A stretch of 63,743 nt of DNA, counting the filler, from Octopus bimaculoides (Eukaryota): the NCBI RefSeq assembly GCF_001194135.2. It is 6 parts of 6 records of this genome, joined end to end, with 100 filler letters (N's around TTAATTAATTAA, not from the genome) between each part and the next. Parts side by side here need not be neighbours in the genome. Positions count along the whole stretch, not along the records: positions 1 to 23,107 come from NC_068996.1; positions 23,208 to 40,531 come from NC_068982.1; 4 more parts are not named here. The stretch is one strand, 5' to 3'. The position numbers and the translations under genes are program-made. Positions 12,071 to 25,370 of the stretch are shown in pieces. The notes beneath the pieces were generated by a model. The model was given only the letters and a program-made list of their open reading frames with translations, had not been told where the DNA came from and made no database searches. How positions within the stretch are numbered: the stretch's first letter is position 1; each line of letters opens with the position of its first letter.

Positions 12071-14799
12071 TCTAATATATATTTGGAATCTCCTTTTCTT
12101 CCTCACACACACCTAAAATGCGGCGGGAAACATTTTTCTCAGGCAGTTCGATCGTTCGCGCACCCACATTCTGACGAAACTTGGAGATTATGTGTCCCAG
12201 TTTGTTTTGTTTTTTATGTTGTTCGATTTTGTTCTGCTCACTACATTAAATAAGTTAACATTAATTAAATTGTTTTCCAAGCGAATGGCATGCCTTGAAT
12301 AATTAACTTCAGTTTTATTAAATTTAAACATGCTAATTTTTTTATATTTGCTCATGTATATGGTACATGTGTTTATTGAATCTATCGTCGTAACAGCTAA
12401 TACAGTAAAGTCTAGGATTTTCTTCATAGATTGAAACTTGTCGCACGGGTTAAAAATATTAGCCGTTGAGCTAGTCTTTTCTTCACCACGTCGGTATTTC
12501 TAAACAGCTTTGTTTTTATTTTAATTTTTAATGCTTATTACATTGTATATGTTTACATAAACTAGACACATAATTTTAAATTCACAAATTACATACAATA
12601 GGGAGTGTAACAAGTACCACATACTCCTTTCTCAGTTTTTTTTATTTAATTTTTTTTTTTTTGTAAAATCCATTCATTCGAGGTCATTTTGGCCTTCCAC
12701 CCTTCTGAGATCGTTAAATAAATTAACAGTGAATCACTGAACCCTTTACGCCACTCAACGCCTCTGTCTAAAATATCCCCTTTTGCCAGTGTTAGAAACC
12801 AGTAATTAATGGGGAACTTATCGAAACCTCATTTCCCTTTTATGTTTATTCCTGCTCTGAGGAATAGTAGTAAGAAATTTGCTTCCCCAACCGCATGATT
12901 CTGGGTAAAGTCCCACTTTGTGGAACCCAGGCCGAGAGAGAGAGAGAGAATAGAAAATTATTATTTGTAAATCTTTCAACGAGAGACATTCAGTAACAGT
13001 ACTTTAGAGTAAAGATTATTTGCCAACATAATGTGGCAGTCCTGGTTTAGGATGAATGTTGCAGTTATTTATCCCCAGGAAACATCATCTCCAGCTGTCT
13101 ATATGACACACTATCTGTGTCCTTATATTTTTGAACAATGGAGTTTAGCATCCCCACTCAGCGCAAAACAATATCTGTGTATCGTGATTATGTATATATA
13201 TTTTGTTGTGTCTGGAGAAAGTCATTCTCTTTTATTGCCTTATTATTAAACACACTCACTGGTAAAGTTTTCCGCTCATTTAAATGAAACCATTACATTG
13301 CAAGTATTGCATCTTCATTTTGTACTGTTGCTTCACCTTTGGCAGTAAAAATCGATCATCACAGTTGTTGTTGTTGAAGTCGAGAGAGTCTGAAACATAG
13401 TCAGGTGGCAGATGCTCTTTTTTCAAAAAAAATTTTCCTCACCTTTCACCTGATTGTAATTGAAGTTGCTAATAAAATATGTGGATAATTTTGTGGGGTT
13501 TAACAATAAGTATATTTATCTCTGTTAGATTCCAAGTCGATTTCCCCCCACATTAATGTATAACTTAATAATTTCAATAAAATGGGGCAAAATGAGTAAT
13601 GACTAATTTCAATAAATTCTTCTCTATTGCATGATGGGAAGAAAACCACTCCTGCAGATAGTGAAAAAGTTGAAGAGAATATTTTATGTTGAGTTTTATT
13701 AATTTCATATCATGTGTCATTTTCCCATGATCCTTTTTCATTTAACCTAGATATTTTAGATTTTTGTTGCATTTCTGGTTTTTCTGATGTCTAGAGATCG
13801 GTGCTGATTTATATGAGTCTTTTCTCAAATGTAATTCTGGAGAATCAAAGTGGCAAATTTACCTTATTTTTGTCTTAGTCAATTTGCCATCTAAATTTGT
13901 CTTTTATATACTCAAAGAGAACAGTGATAATTTTCTGGGATCTAGTTGTTTTGGCCACCAGCATTTCAAAAATTAAAGTTTATCAAAATTTTTTTTAATT
14001 TGACACATTAATATACTTTTCCAAGCTGAATTGCTGGAGTTACTTTACTTTTTCTAGAAAAATGTTTTTAAAAAGTTATAGAGGTTCAAAGTTTAATCAT
14101 AATGTCAGGAAACAAGATTTGGAAGCTGTCGTTTTGTGTGACTGCATGTTGTCAACATTCTGAAAATAGCTTGTTTTTATAAAAAAAACTGTAAACAAAT
14201 CAAATTATGCCAAACATACAACATATAACCCCCTCATAACGTTTTTAAAATTTGGAATTTTCAGAAAATTTTTGCAAATTTGTACTCTGCACACGGGAAT
14301 GATTATGCAAGTGGCAACATATAGAATATATTTGTTAACACATGTACTTTCTCGCTGACAAAAGAATTCTCATGTTTGGCTTGTTACTATGGAAACAGGT
14401 ATGAATGTGTCTGTGGCTTATGATTGGCTAAAATTACTCAAAATTTTGAAACTTTAATAGCTAATGACGTTCTATTTATTGATTTATAGCGAAAATAATT
14501 TTCATGTCATTCATTAGCTTAAAAAATTGTATCATTACACTGAATATGAAACCAAATCAAATAGAAATTGATGCTGGCAACCAAACCAACTAGATCCATT
14601 TTTGGAAATAGAGTTCTGAATATGAAATAGTGTTTTTAATGCATTTAGAGAAGGTCCTTTGCTTAGCTGATATAGTTTTTGTAAGGTAGTGAACATTTGT
14701 CAAAAAATTTTTTTCTCAAAGTCAATAATGCAGTAAATCTTACTCATTGTATCCCACCCCCTATATATATATGTGTATGTGTGTGACATATTTATGTTG

Positions 14800-15132
14800 C
14801 CTTCCTGGCACTTGTGCCAGTGGCACGTGAAAAGACATTCGAGCGAGTTCGTTGCCAGTACCGCTGGACTGACTCCTGTGCAGGTGGCACGTGAAATACA
14901 CCATTTCAAGTGTGACTGTTGCCAGTACCTCCGACTGGCCCTCGTGCCGGTGACACATAAAAGCACCCACTACACTCTCGGAGTGGTTGGCGTTAGGAAG
15001 GGCATCCAGCTGTAGAAACTCTGCCAAATCAGATTGAAGCCTGGTTTAGCCATCTGGTTCACCAGTCCTCAGTCAAATCATCCAACCTATGCTAGCATGG
15101 AAAGCGGATGTTAAACGACGATGATGATGATG
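14800..15132 (+). mobile_element. RTE LINE 3' end fragment
   Basis: Near-identical to 2535-2810 and to the reverse complement of 34002-34330; (GAT)n tail. Confidence 0.85.
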
Positions 15133-15584
15133 ATTGTGTGTGTATATGGATAGATAGATAGATAGATAGATAGATATACACACACATGTATATAACTTAC
15201 ATTTAAAGTTCAGATTTGAAATTTAAAATTTAGCATATAAATTGTATTCTGAGTATGTCCCTAGTAGTATGCCAGCAAAGCATGTTCACCTCTTATAGCT
15301 ACTTGGCATCATCCACAGTAAATGTACATTTGTCACTGGATCTACATTAAGAATTCCTCAGTGCATGTTAAATGTAGTAGAAATAATAGCTACGGAAGAT
15401 AGAGTGTACTGGAAACTTTATTTATCACAACAATCATTTTAGCATATTCTGCACCACTCACTAGTGGGCCGGGAACAATATAACATATTCCAATGCATCC
15501 CACATTGCAGAAGTGCCCCCCCCCAGCCCAGCAAACCATACCTCATTCAGCAGTCATTCTTCATTCTCTTTACTCTCTCTTTTA

Positions 15585-15746
15585 CTCTTTTACTTGTTTC
15601 AGTCATTTGACTGCGGCCATACTGGAGCACCACCTTTTAGTCGAGCAAATCGACCCCAGGACTTATTCTTTGGATGCCTAGTACTTATTCTATTGGTCTC
15701 TTTTGCCGAACCGCTAAGTTACGGGGACGTAAACACAGACACACAA

Positions 15747-15790
<44 letters not shown>

Positions 15791-15890
15791 GGATATAGTA
15801 GAAAACACTTGCCCAAGGTGCCACACAGTGGGAATGAACCCGGAACCATGAGGTTGGTAAGCAAGCTACTTACCACACACCCATTCCTGC
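15585..15890 (-). mobile_element. SINE family A
   Basis: Family A blocks around a (CA)n tract. Confidence 0.9.
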
Positions 15891-16123
15891 GCCATTCATC
15901 ATTAATGTATTTAAGATGTGACTGCTACCAGCTATGAGTGGAATGTCATTTATGTAACTTAAAACCATGTTATGTCACCTGAAGAGGCACCTCTGCACTG
16001 TGGGATGCATTGGAATTCATATTATTATTCCCCACCCACTAAGGAACACTGCAGAATGTGTCAAAATGATCATTGTGATACAAAAAAGGTTCCGGTATGC
16101 TCAGTTTACCAAAAATTCATAGG

Positions 16124-16467
16124 AGCAGGAGTGGCTGTGTGGTAAGTAGCTTGCTTACCAACCATATGGTTCCGGGTTCAGTCCCACTGCATGGCACCTT
16201 GGGCAAGTGTCTTCTGCTACAGCCTCGGGCCGACCAGAGCCTTGTGAGTGAATTTGGTAGACGGAAACTGAAAGAAGCCCGTCGTATATATGTATATATA
16301 TATATATATATATGTATATGTATATATATATATGTATATATNNNNNNNNNNNNNNNNNNNNNNNNNNNNNNNNNNNNNNNNNNNNNNNNNNNNNNNNNNN
16401 NNNNNNNNNNNNNNNNNNNNNNNNNNNNNNNNNNNNNNNNNNNNNNNNNNNNNNNNNNNNNNNNNNN

Positions 16468-16518
<51 letters not shown>

Positions 16519-16718
16519 CTGTTTGTCCCCCCAACATCGCTTGACAACACCGATGCTGGTGTGTTTACGTCCCCGTAACTTAGCGGTTCGGCAAAAAGAG
16601 ACCAATAGTATAAGTACCAGGCTTACAAAGAATAAGTTCCTGGGTCGATTTGCTCGACTAAAAAGGCGGTGCTCCAGCATGGCCACAGTCAAATGACTGA
16701 AACAAGTAAAAAGAGTAA
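16124..16718 (+). mobile_element. SINE family A, consensus-like copy (central microsatellite in gap)
   Basis: Complete head GGAGCAGGAGTGGCTGTGTGG to tail GAAACAAGTAAAAAGAG. Confidence 0.9.
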
Positions 16719-16887
16719 CTTCATTCAGTCATATTGTCTCAAGAGTTTGGTCGATTATACGTTAAAAGGTAATTTAATTTAATTGCAGATACAGTAGATA
16801 AATAAATTATGGATGTCCTTAAGCATCATAAACATATATGAATATTAAAACAGCTTGTGCAGTCTTTTTGGCAGTGTTATATTTCGG

Positions 16888-17098
16888 TTAAGGCAGCGAG
16901 CTGGCAGAACTGTTAGCATGCCAAGTGAACTGCTTAGCAGTATTTCATTTGTCTTTACGTTCTGAGTTCAAATTTTGCTGAGGTCGACTTTGCCTTTCAT
17001 CCTTTCAGGGTCAATAAATTAAGTACCAGTTGCATACTGGGATAATTCAAATTGACTGGTCCCCTCCCCAAAAATTTCAGGCCTTGTGCCTAGAGTAG
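16888..17098 (+). mobile_element. tRNA-derived SINE family B (Nin/Deu-like central domain)
   Basis: AAGGCAGCGAGCTGGCAGAA...GTTCTGAGTTCAAAT...GTCGACTTTGCCTTTCATCCTTT...GATAAATTAAGTACCAG; domain name is recalled, not verified. Confidence 0.85.
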
Positions 17099-17261
17099 GG
17101 GGGGGTGTTATATTTCGGTTGTATTTTGACACTTGTTTGGTGTCAGTATGAATTTTTAGTGATACAATATATTTGAAGTTATATTTTGACTGTGTCCTTA
17201 TGATAATATAATCAATATCTGTGACATTGTTGTGTTTTTGTTTATTATATAGGTGCAGGTG

Positions 17262-17603
17262 AAGGCGCGTAGCTGAATGATTAGAGTGTCAGGCTCACAA
17301 TCATGAGGTTGCAAGTTTGATTCCCAGACTGGGCTGTGTGTTGTGTTCTTGAGCAAGACACTTCATTTCATGTTGCTCCTGTTCACTCAGCTGTAGAAAT
17401 GAGTTGTGACGTCACAAGTGCCAAGCTGTATCGGGCTTTGCCTTTCCCTTGGATAACATCAGTGGTGTGGAGAGGGGAGGCTGGTATGCATGGTCTGGTA
17501 TGCTGGTCTTCCACAAACAACCCTGCCCAGACCTGTGCCCTGGAAGGGAATTTTCTAGATGCAGTCTCATGGTCATTTATGACAGAAGGGGATCTTTATT
17601 CTC
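17262..17603 (+). mobile_element. tRNA-derived SINE family D inserted into the head of a family A SINE
   Basis: Exact 14 bp TSD TATAGGTGCAGGTG at 17248-17261 and 17604-17617; family A resumes at 17604-17735. Confidence 0.85.
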
Positions 17604-17731
17604 TATAGGTGCAGGTGTGGCCATGTGGTAAGAAGTATTCCTCCCAACCACATGGTTCCAGGTTCAGTTCTACTGCATAGTTTCTTGGGCAAGTGAGTGG
17701 ATTTAGTTGACGGAACCTGAAAGAAGCCTGT

Positions 17732-17772
<41 letters not shown>

Positions 17773-18029
17773 AAGTAGTTAAGTCTCAATGGTTTCTCAT
17801 CCACAAAAGGCTTAGCCCCATGGATGTCTTGTAAGACTCTATTTACCTCTAGTAGGCAGGAATCAATTATAGTGATTTGATCAGTAAATCACCAAAGAAT
17901 AGATAGCCCAGGGTCAGTGAGGACAGGTTGTCTCTCTTAGACCAGTACATGTGACCCCAAAAGAGGGGGAATGGGATTTTTTTCCTTAGGCTGCTTTTAG
18001 ATCATAAGAACCCTTCCTAGTATAATCAG

Positions 18030-18300
18030 AGAACAAGGAATCCTATGCTTGAAGCAGGTAGTGTTTGAAATGAATTCAAGGGCTGTAAATTTCCTGGCAG
18101 GTGTTCAGTGATCCAGGTTTCAGGGAGTCTTTGAGTATCCATTGCTCGTTCAATTATACAAAGCTTGCAGTATTCGCTCCTGTTAATGTAGGATCCTAGC
18201 CATTCTAAAGATCCTCCACTTAATATTGTGTGAGGTCCCTTCATCTTTGAGGTGCCACACATGGCCAGCCAGGGTGGCACCTCAAATTATGTTCACCAAC
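18030..18300 (-). pseudogene. Penelope-like element GIY-YIG C-terminal relic
   Basis: Frameshifted translation GHVWHLKDEGTSHNIKWRIF / SYINRSEYCKLCIIER resembles the PLE motif IWxLKD..Y.IKW.I...Y....C.LC..EK and the copy at 37570-38473. Confidence 0.6.
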
Positions 18301-18349
18301 AAATGGTCCCATGTGACATTTCCTCTTCAGGTGTGATTTAGCTACAGGT

Positions 18350-18745
18350 TTGGTTTTGTGGTAAGAAGTTTGCTTCCAACTATGTGGTCTTGGGTTCAGT
18401 CCTATTATATGGCACCTTGGAGAATTGTTTTCTACTATAGCCTCAGGACAACTTGTGGGCAGATTTGGTAGATGTAAACTGAAACAATCCTGTTGTGTGT
18501 GTGTGTGTTTTTGTGTTTATGTTCAGTCCCCACCACCGCCACCACTTGACATCAGGTGTTGGTTTATTTACATTCCATAACTTAGCAGTTCAGCAAAAAA
18601 AAAGAGACTGCTAGAATAAGTACTAAGCTTTAGAAAAAAAAAGTGCTGTGGTCAATTATTTTGACTAAACCCTTGAAAGTAGTGTCTTAGCCTGGCCTGC
18701 TCCAACATGGCCATGGTCCAAAGACTAAAACAACTAAAAGAAGAT
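18350..18745 (+). mobile_element. SINE family A (diverged)
   Basis: Family A blocks. Confidence 0.8.
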
Positions 18746-18794
18746 AAACCCCATTGTCAACATTACTTCTGTTTAATTCCATGTTGCTTTTAGG

Positions 18795-18831
<37 letters not shown>

Positions 18832-19444
18832 CCCCATCCCCTTTTTGTATATCTATTCCAGGGTTTGTTTTTCTCCTTCTGTTTGGGTGAAATGATTTGA
18901 TTGCTGGAAAAAATTGTTTTTGCAGCTGGTTGTCTTTCTCTACTTGTTAACTATTCATCTGTGAAGTTAAGGAGTGGAACTTGTTTTAAGCAGTTTCCTC
19001 TCTATCTCTCTCTATATCTATCTATCTCTCTATCACACACACAGAGGAACACTTGGAGGAGCAAACAGCTTACTGAAAAGCATGTACCCCAATGGCTGTA
19101 TTAACAGTAGTATGTAAATTTAAGGCCAAGTCTAGCACCTCACACACTCTCACAGTCTTTATGTCTATTACTAAGAACTTTTTCCTGAATATGGTATTAG
19201 TCTATCTCTGAGCAAATATTTATCTTAGATAGTAATAAATTTATACATACATTGATCAAACTGATATTGTCATAATTTCGTGTTTATCAAGAGGCTGAAA
19301 ATATATTTAATGTTTTATTCAAGCCTACAAGAGAAATAAGGCAATGGCTAGAATAGATTTTTGTTCTTGTTGTCAATATACATAGGATAATTCTGGCCAT
19401 GTTTCAAATTTAGTGAGGATCCACAGCAAAAGTACAATCTAACT

Positions 19445-19640
19445 GTAACTATTATAATTGAGTGAGAGAGCAGTGCATGCCATCAAAGTGACACTGGGGT
19501 AAAATATATGAAGCCCAGTATACACATCATGACTACCCATCTGATAAGGGTACACCAGGCACATGCATCACAACCATAGGTGCGTGACATGGTGATCTTA
19601 TATCAAGACTGACAGCGCATGACCTTGCAGGTGGGACCCA
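19445..19640 (-). mobile_element. LINE-type 3' end with (AAT)n tail, family unassigned
   Basis: GAGTGAGAGAGCAGTGCATGCCATCAAAGTGACACTGGGGTAAAATAT is shared with 43882-43930. Confidence 0.65.
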
Positions 19641-20255
19641 TGCTAAGAGCACCAAAGAGCCTGGTGGGGATTTTAAAATTGGGCAATAGATTAATCTGCC
19701 CCTGATGTTTATTTACTTGTACTCTTGGTAGTATTTACTCTGGGTGGGTTGAGCCAGCTCCAACCAACAAGTTCACCACATCCCTCATAAGTGCTGACCA
19801 CATCCTCATTCATCATTCACTATTGAAGGGTGGAGTTCATATCCAGAATTTCAATGGGAATACCAGTTCACATGTGGTTCCTGCTCACACGTATACACAC
19901 TTTGGTATAGTGTGATCGATAACAGTTCATCTTGCCATCAAATGTCAACTGTCGCAGAGGATACGCTGACCAAGTCACCATTGGTTATCGGAGCAGACAT
20001 AGCCTGGGTTTGAAGCAGGTTCTAGAAAAAAGGTTTTAACAAAACATTAGGATTTGTTAGTTAGCAACTAATTTGATAAGTAAAATGTTTAAATAGTAAA
20101 CAATACCATTCACATGATAATATCTTATCAGGTGAAAGTATATTTAACCCATTTCTTACCATATTTCTGTTAAGATATACTGCTATTATTTCAATTAATT
20201 TTGAAATTATAAAGACTGTAGTAAAATAACTTTGTCATTATTAAGTTGGTATTTA

Positions 20256-20420
20256 GGCGGCGTGCTGGCAGAAATGTTAGCACGCTGGGTGAAATACTTA
20301 CCAGTATTTCATCTGCCTTTACGTTATCCTTTCAGGGCCGATAAATTAGGTACCAGTTGCGTACTGGAGTCGATCTGACCCCCTCCCCCCAAAATTTTGG
20401 GCCTAGAAAAGTAGAAAAGA
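20256..20420 (+). mobile_element. SINE family B (internally deleted)
   Basis: Family B head and tail. Confidence 0.8.
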
Positions 20421-20934
20421 TTATTAAGTTGATATTTGGGACAAAAAAATTACCATGAAATTTAAATGGATGGTTTAAATTTAGCCCTTTAGCATTCTAA
20501 CTCCTCTGTCAAATGTAATGTTTATTTACTGACATTGTTTTGAGTTAATCATGCATTATCTCATAGCTTTGAGGTTTTGATGATGTGATTGCATATTTTT
20601 AGAATGACATTGTAAGGTAAGTGTGAGAGGCTGGATCTGACCAGTTTCAACATAAAATAGGTAAAAAGTTAAACTTTTAATTACTTTAAAACAGGTAATT
20701 TGTGTTATAAGAACCAGGAACAGGTTTATCAAGTTACTTGGTATCAGAAGGACTAATACCTGGAATACTTTTATTAAATGTTGTAAAAGAAAAATATGTA
20801 AGGAATTTTTTAAAAAAATTTCCATATGGGGAGACAACTCCAGGCTTCTTTTGCTATCATAGTTATCTTTTTTAATGCTTGTTCCAGTCACTGAACCATG
20901 GCCATTCTGGGGCATGACTTTGAAGGGTTTAGTC

Positions 20935-21399
20935 TGTCTAGAGGTTCCCCCACGTCATGGCCACATAATATCGTAATCGCCCCTGCCCCTATTTTTATGT
21001 ATAAATAAATATTTTATATTTTGCTGTGTGGTAAGTAGCTTGTTTACCAGCCACATGGTTCCGTGTTCAATCCCACTACATGGCACCTTGGGCAAGTGTC
21101 TTCTACTGTAACCTCAGCCCAACCAAAACCTTGTGAGTGGATTTGGTAGACAGAAACTGAAAGGTGGCAAGTTGGCAGAAATGTTAGCATGCCAAGCGAA
21201 GTGCTTAGCGGTATTTCATCTGCCGTTACATTCTGAGTTCAAATTCCGCCGAGGTCGACTTTGCCTTTCATCCTTTCAGGGTCGATAAATTAAGTACCAG
21301 TTACGCACCGGGGTCGATGTAATCGACTTAATCCTTTTGTTTGTCCCTTCTATGTTTAGCCCCTTGTGGACAATAAAGAATTAAGAAACTGAAAGAAGC

Positions 21400-21442
<43 letters not shown>

Positions 21443-21825
21443 GTGTTTGTCACTCACCATCACTTGACATCTGATGGTGGCGTGTCTATGTCCCCGTAAC
21501 TTAGCAGTTCAGTAAAAGACTCTGATAGAATATGTACTTGGCTTACAAAGAATAAGTCCCAGAGTCGATTTGTTCAACTAAAGGTGGTGCTCCAGCATGG
21601 CTGTGGTCAAATGACTGGAACAAATAAAAGAATGTACTATGAACCATTTGGTATTTAATATAATATTATGTAATTTGTATACATTACCATAATAATATTA
21701 TAATAAATTCATAGCATCCCTCAATCCACTGACTTCCTCCTAATGCCTCCTTTTTTCTCTGCTGCCCCCTTAGGCACCAGCGCCCACCGGGGGTGGGGGA
21801 GTAGGGCCCACTTTGAGAACCTATG
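20935..21825. mobile_element. hAT-like non-autonomous element carrying nested SINEs
   Basis: 8 bp TSD GTTTAGTC at 20927-20934 and 21826-21833 splits a minus-strand SINE A; right end CACTTTGAGAACCTATG is hAT-like, left TIR is degenerate. Confidence 0.55.
21022..21633 (+). mobile_element. SINE family A interrupted by SINE B (21164-21383)
   Basis: 12 bp TSD AGAAACTGAAAG at 21152-21163 and 21384-21395. Confidence 0.85.
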
Positions 21826-21924
21826 GTTTAGTCAAGCAAATTGACTCTTGTATTTTTTTTTTAATGTTTTTTTATGTTTTATGTTTTTTTATACAGTGGG
21901 TCTCCTTTGCTAAACAAAGGCTTG

Positions 21925-22220
21925 TGAGTGGAACTGGTAAACGGAAACTGAAAGAAGCTCATCATATCAATGTATGTGTGTATGTATATGTGTCCCTTTA
22001 TCTTGCTAGATATCACATGATAGTTGTAATAAGCACATAGAAGCAATGTTGTGCCTTTCCAATCTCGTGAAAAGCATGTCTGGCCATGCGGAATTATTAA
22101 CTTGCCTGGAAACAGGTAAGGGTTGATGACAGGAAGAGCATCCAGCCATAGAAAATCTTCCTTCCTTAACAAATTCCATCAGATGCATGGAAAAGTGGAG
22201 GTTAAATGATGATGATGATG
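21925..22220 (+). mobile_element. SINE A variant with RTE-type tail, 5'-truncated
   Basis: Same body and tail as 1640-2165. Confidence 0.7.
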
Positions 22221-22769
22221 ATCACTCACAAGCAGGACAAAAGACTTTGATTGCTAGGTCAGCTTCTTATGAATCTGTCAAAATATTCTCAAAATAACTT
22301 TGGGTTTATTGTAATGTCACCCCTTTTAGATTTTCTATTATTATTATCTTCAACAATGTTTTGTGATCCTTTTTTTTTTCTTTCTTTCTGATGTTGTGGA
22401 AGTTAGGAGACTTTTGAATGGATTGAACAGCCAACCAAGTAGGGGATTCAAGGAGGAGAAAACAAAAAAACCTACATTTAAAGTTAAATCCTTGACTGAC
22501 TTCCCAACCACAAGCTTTTTTTGTCTTTTCTTTTCTTGCCTTTTTTTCTTTTTCATGGGTGGTGGGTTAAAAGTTATGGCTGTTCTTAGTTTTATTTGAA
22601 TTTCTGAGATTGATCTGGTTGTCCTTTGCTCTTTCTCCGTACATTGCTCATCAATAAGTCACAAACAATGACTACAATATCCTTTATAACAGCAAGTATG
22701 AACAAGAGTGTCTGAACATAAACCGGATTTGCTTGAAATATTCTGAAGGAATAATTTTGTAAAATTATT

Positions 22770-23040
22770 ATCATCATCATCATCATCATTTAACATCTGT
22801 TTTCAATGCTGGCATAGGTTGGACAGTTTGTCAGGAACTGACCAGGCTGTAGACTACACCAGACTTCTGTGTCTGTTTCCACATGATTTTTACAGCTGGA
22901 TGCCCTTCCTAACACCAAACACTCTGCAGGGTGGACTAAGTGGTTTTTACGTGGCACCAGCACAGGTAAGGTCAGTTTTGGCGTGGGTATTACAGCTAGA
23001 TGTCCTTCCAAATGCCAACCACTTTACAGTGTGAACTGGA
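22770..23040 (-). mobile_element. RTE-type 3' end fragment
   Basis: (CAT)n-TTAACATCTG...GGATGCCCTTCCTAACACCAA. Confidence 0.7.
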
Positions 23041-23107
23041 TGCTTCTTAAGTGGCATCATATATATATATATATGATGCCACTTAAGAAGCATCCAGTTA
23101 TATATAT

Positions 23108-23207
23108 NNNNNNNNNNNNNNNNNNNNNNNNNNNNNNNNNNNNNNNNNNNNTTAATTAATTAANNNNNNNNNNNNNNNNNNNNNNNNNNNNNNNNNNNNN
23201 NNNNNNN
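23108..23207. other. Synthetic 100 bp assembly spacer (44 N + TTAATTAATTAA + 44 N); also at 40532-40631, 57294-57393, 59448-59547, 62345-62444
   Basis: Same structure five times; the 12-mer places stops in all six frames. Confidence 0.95.
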
Positions 23208-23696
23208 TAGGGTTAATTGTTTCAGAATCGTTTGTTTATGTAGTCGGCACTTAATGTATATCGGCTGAATGGACGTCAGTGATTGGTTGAAATTACAGAA
23301 ATACGACAACTTTAACATGGAATAACTTATGGATTTCTTTTTTTTTTAAGAAGACTAAGAGAAAAAGATGTTTTATATGACACATTCTACCAGTGTTCCA
23401 AGTTTCAAAGTTTTCGTTAATGAAAAATGTGGCCCCCGTTTTAAAAAAGATCCCCGCTACGTTCTGAGTTCAAATTCCACCGAGGTCGAATTTGCCTTTC
23501 ATCCTTTCGTGGTCGATAAATTAAGTACCAGTTGCGTACTGGAGTCGTCTAATCGTCTGGACCCGTCCCCCAACATTTCGGGCCTTGTGCCTGGAGTAGA
23601 AAAATTTACCTTTCCTCTGACGCTTACGGTTGTTTTGTAATGGAGTAATGTTCTCATGCTTCTATTAAAAGAGGCATAAGAAACAGCTGTAATTAG

Positions 23697-24085
23697 GCAC
23701 AGTAGTGGCTGTGTGGTAAGTAGCTTGCTTACCAACCACACGGTTCTGGGTTCAGTCCAAATGTGTGGCACCTTGGGCAAGTGTCTTCTACTATAGCCTC
23801 GGGCCGACCAAAGCCTTGTGAGTGAATTTGGTAGATGGAAACTGAAAGAAGCCTGTCGTATATATGTATGTATGTATATGTTTCTGTGTCTGTGTTTGTC
23901 CCCCCGCAACATCGCTTGACAACCGGTGCTGGTGTGTTTACGTCCCCGTAAATTAGCGGTTCAGCAAAAGAGACCGATAGAATAAGTACTAGGCTTACAA
24001 AGAATAAGTCTTGGGGTCGATTTGCTCGACTAAAAGCGGTGCTCCAGCATGGCCACAGTCAAATGACTGAAACAAGTAAAAGAGT
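23697..24085 (+). mobile_element. SINE family A
   Basis: Near-consensus full copy. Confidence 0.9.
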
Positions 24086-24325
24086 ATATTATCCATCGCA
24101 TGTTATTATAAATTTGATTATAATACACCAAGGGGATTCATCAAGGGTCAGACACCTTAGAATTTACCAACAACGTACTTTGAACGTAACGCGTGCTTTG
24201 GACCAGCCCCTAGGCGCTAAATACTCATGAGGTCGGTTTTCTCCGAGTCACACAACCCGAATATCTTATTTGATACTCACCAACCATAGGCCGGAACCTC
24301 AGGTTTATTGAACCCTACCTGGGGC

Positions 24326-24578
24326 ATGGGAGACTCAGAGTATGATAACAACTGTATAATAATATATCAGAATAATATATATTCTCCGATTTGAAGCGAC
24401 AATTTTTAAATACAAACAAATGGCCGAAAAATGATGAGCTAACCCTAGCCAGAATCGAACCCACAAATCAATGTTTAAACGGCTCCTTGCGCATCTGATT
24501 GGGCCAAATGCTCCCTTATCAATTTCAGCCATAATAATATATTATTATACAGTTATTATTATACTATGAGTCTTCCAT
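24326..24578. mobile_element. MITE with about 40 bp TIRs enclosing a tRNA-like head (minus, about 24420-24515)
   Basis: ATGGGAGACTCAGAGTATGATAACAACTGTATAAT versus ATTATACAGTTATTATTATACTATGAGTCTTCCAT. Confidence 0.65.
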
Positions 24579-24754
24579 AGTAGCTTTCTCTCCATAACTT
24601 ACAAAGCCTTTCTGGCTTATTTGCGAATGTTATATGTAGTATTAGACAGTTTAAGCATATCTATATTCCGAATTTGTGTAAATGTGTATAGAATCAGTTG
24701 AATAAAGTTACATGGTCTGATTTTCACTCCAGCTAGCAATATATAGAAAACCAA

Positions 24755-25370
24755 GCTAGCCGGGCGAGAAGCTTAGCGGTATTTCGTCTGTCTTTACGAC
24801 TTTGCCTTTCATCATTTCGGGGTCGATAAATTAAGTACGTTGCGTACTGGGATCGATCAAATTGACTGGAACCCTCTCCCAACATTTTGTGCCTTGTGTC
24901 TAGAGTAGAAAAGAATATTACGGGCGGCGAGCTGGCAGAAACGTTAGCACGCCGGGCGAAATGCTTAGCGGTATTTCGTCTGTTTTTACGTTTTGAGTTC
25001 ATATTCCGCCAAGGTCAACTTTGCCTTTCATCGTTGCGGGGTCGATAAATTAAGTACCAGTTGCACACTGGGATCGATCTAATTGACTGGCTCCTCCCCT
25101 AAAATTTCTGGCCTTGTTCCTAGAGAAGAAAATAATATCTCAGGGTGTTCGGCAGCGAGTTGCCAGAGTCGTTAGCACGTTGGGCGAAACGTTTAACGGT
25201 ATTTCGTCTGTCTTTACGTTTTGAGTTCAAATTCCGCCGAGGCCGACTTTCCCTTTCATCATTTCGGTGTCGATAAATTAAGTACCTGTTGCGTACTGGT
25301 GTCGATTTAATCGACTGGACCCTCTCCCCCAAAATTTCGGGCCTTGTGCCTAGAGTAGAAAAGAATATCT
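24755..25370 (+). mobile_element. Three SINE B copies head-to-tail
   Basis: Copies at about 24755-24920, 24921-25138 and 25152-25368, each ending CCTTGTGCCTAGAGTAGAAAAGAATAT or a close variant. Confidence 0.9.
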
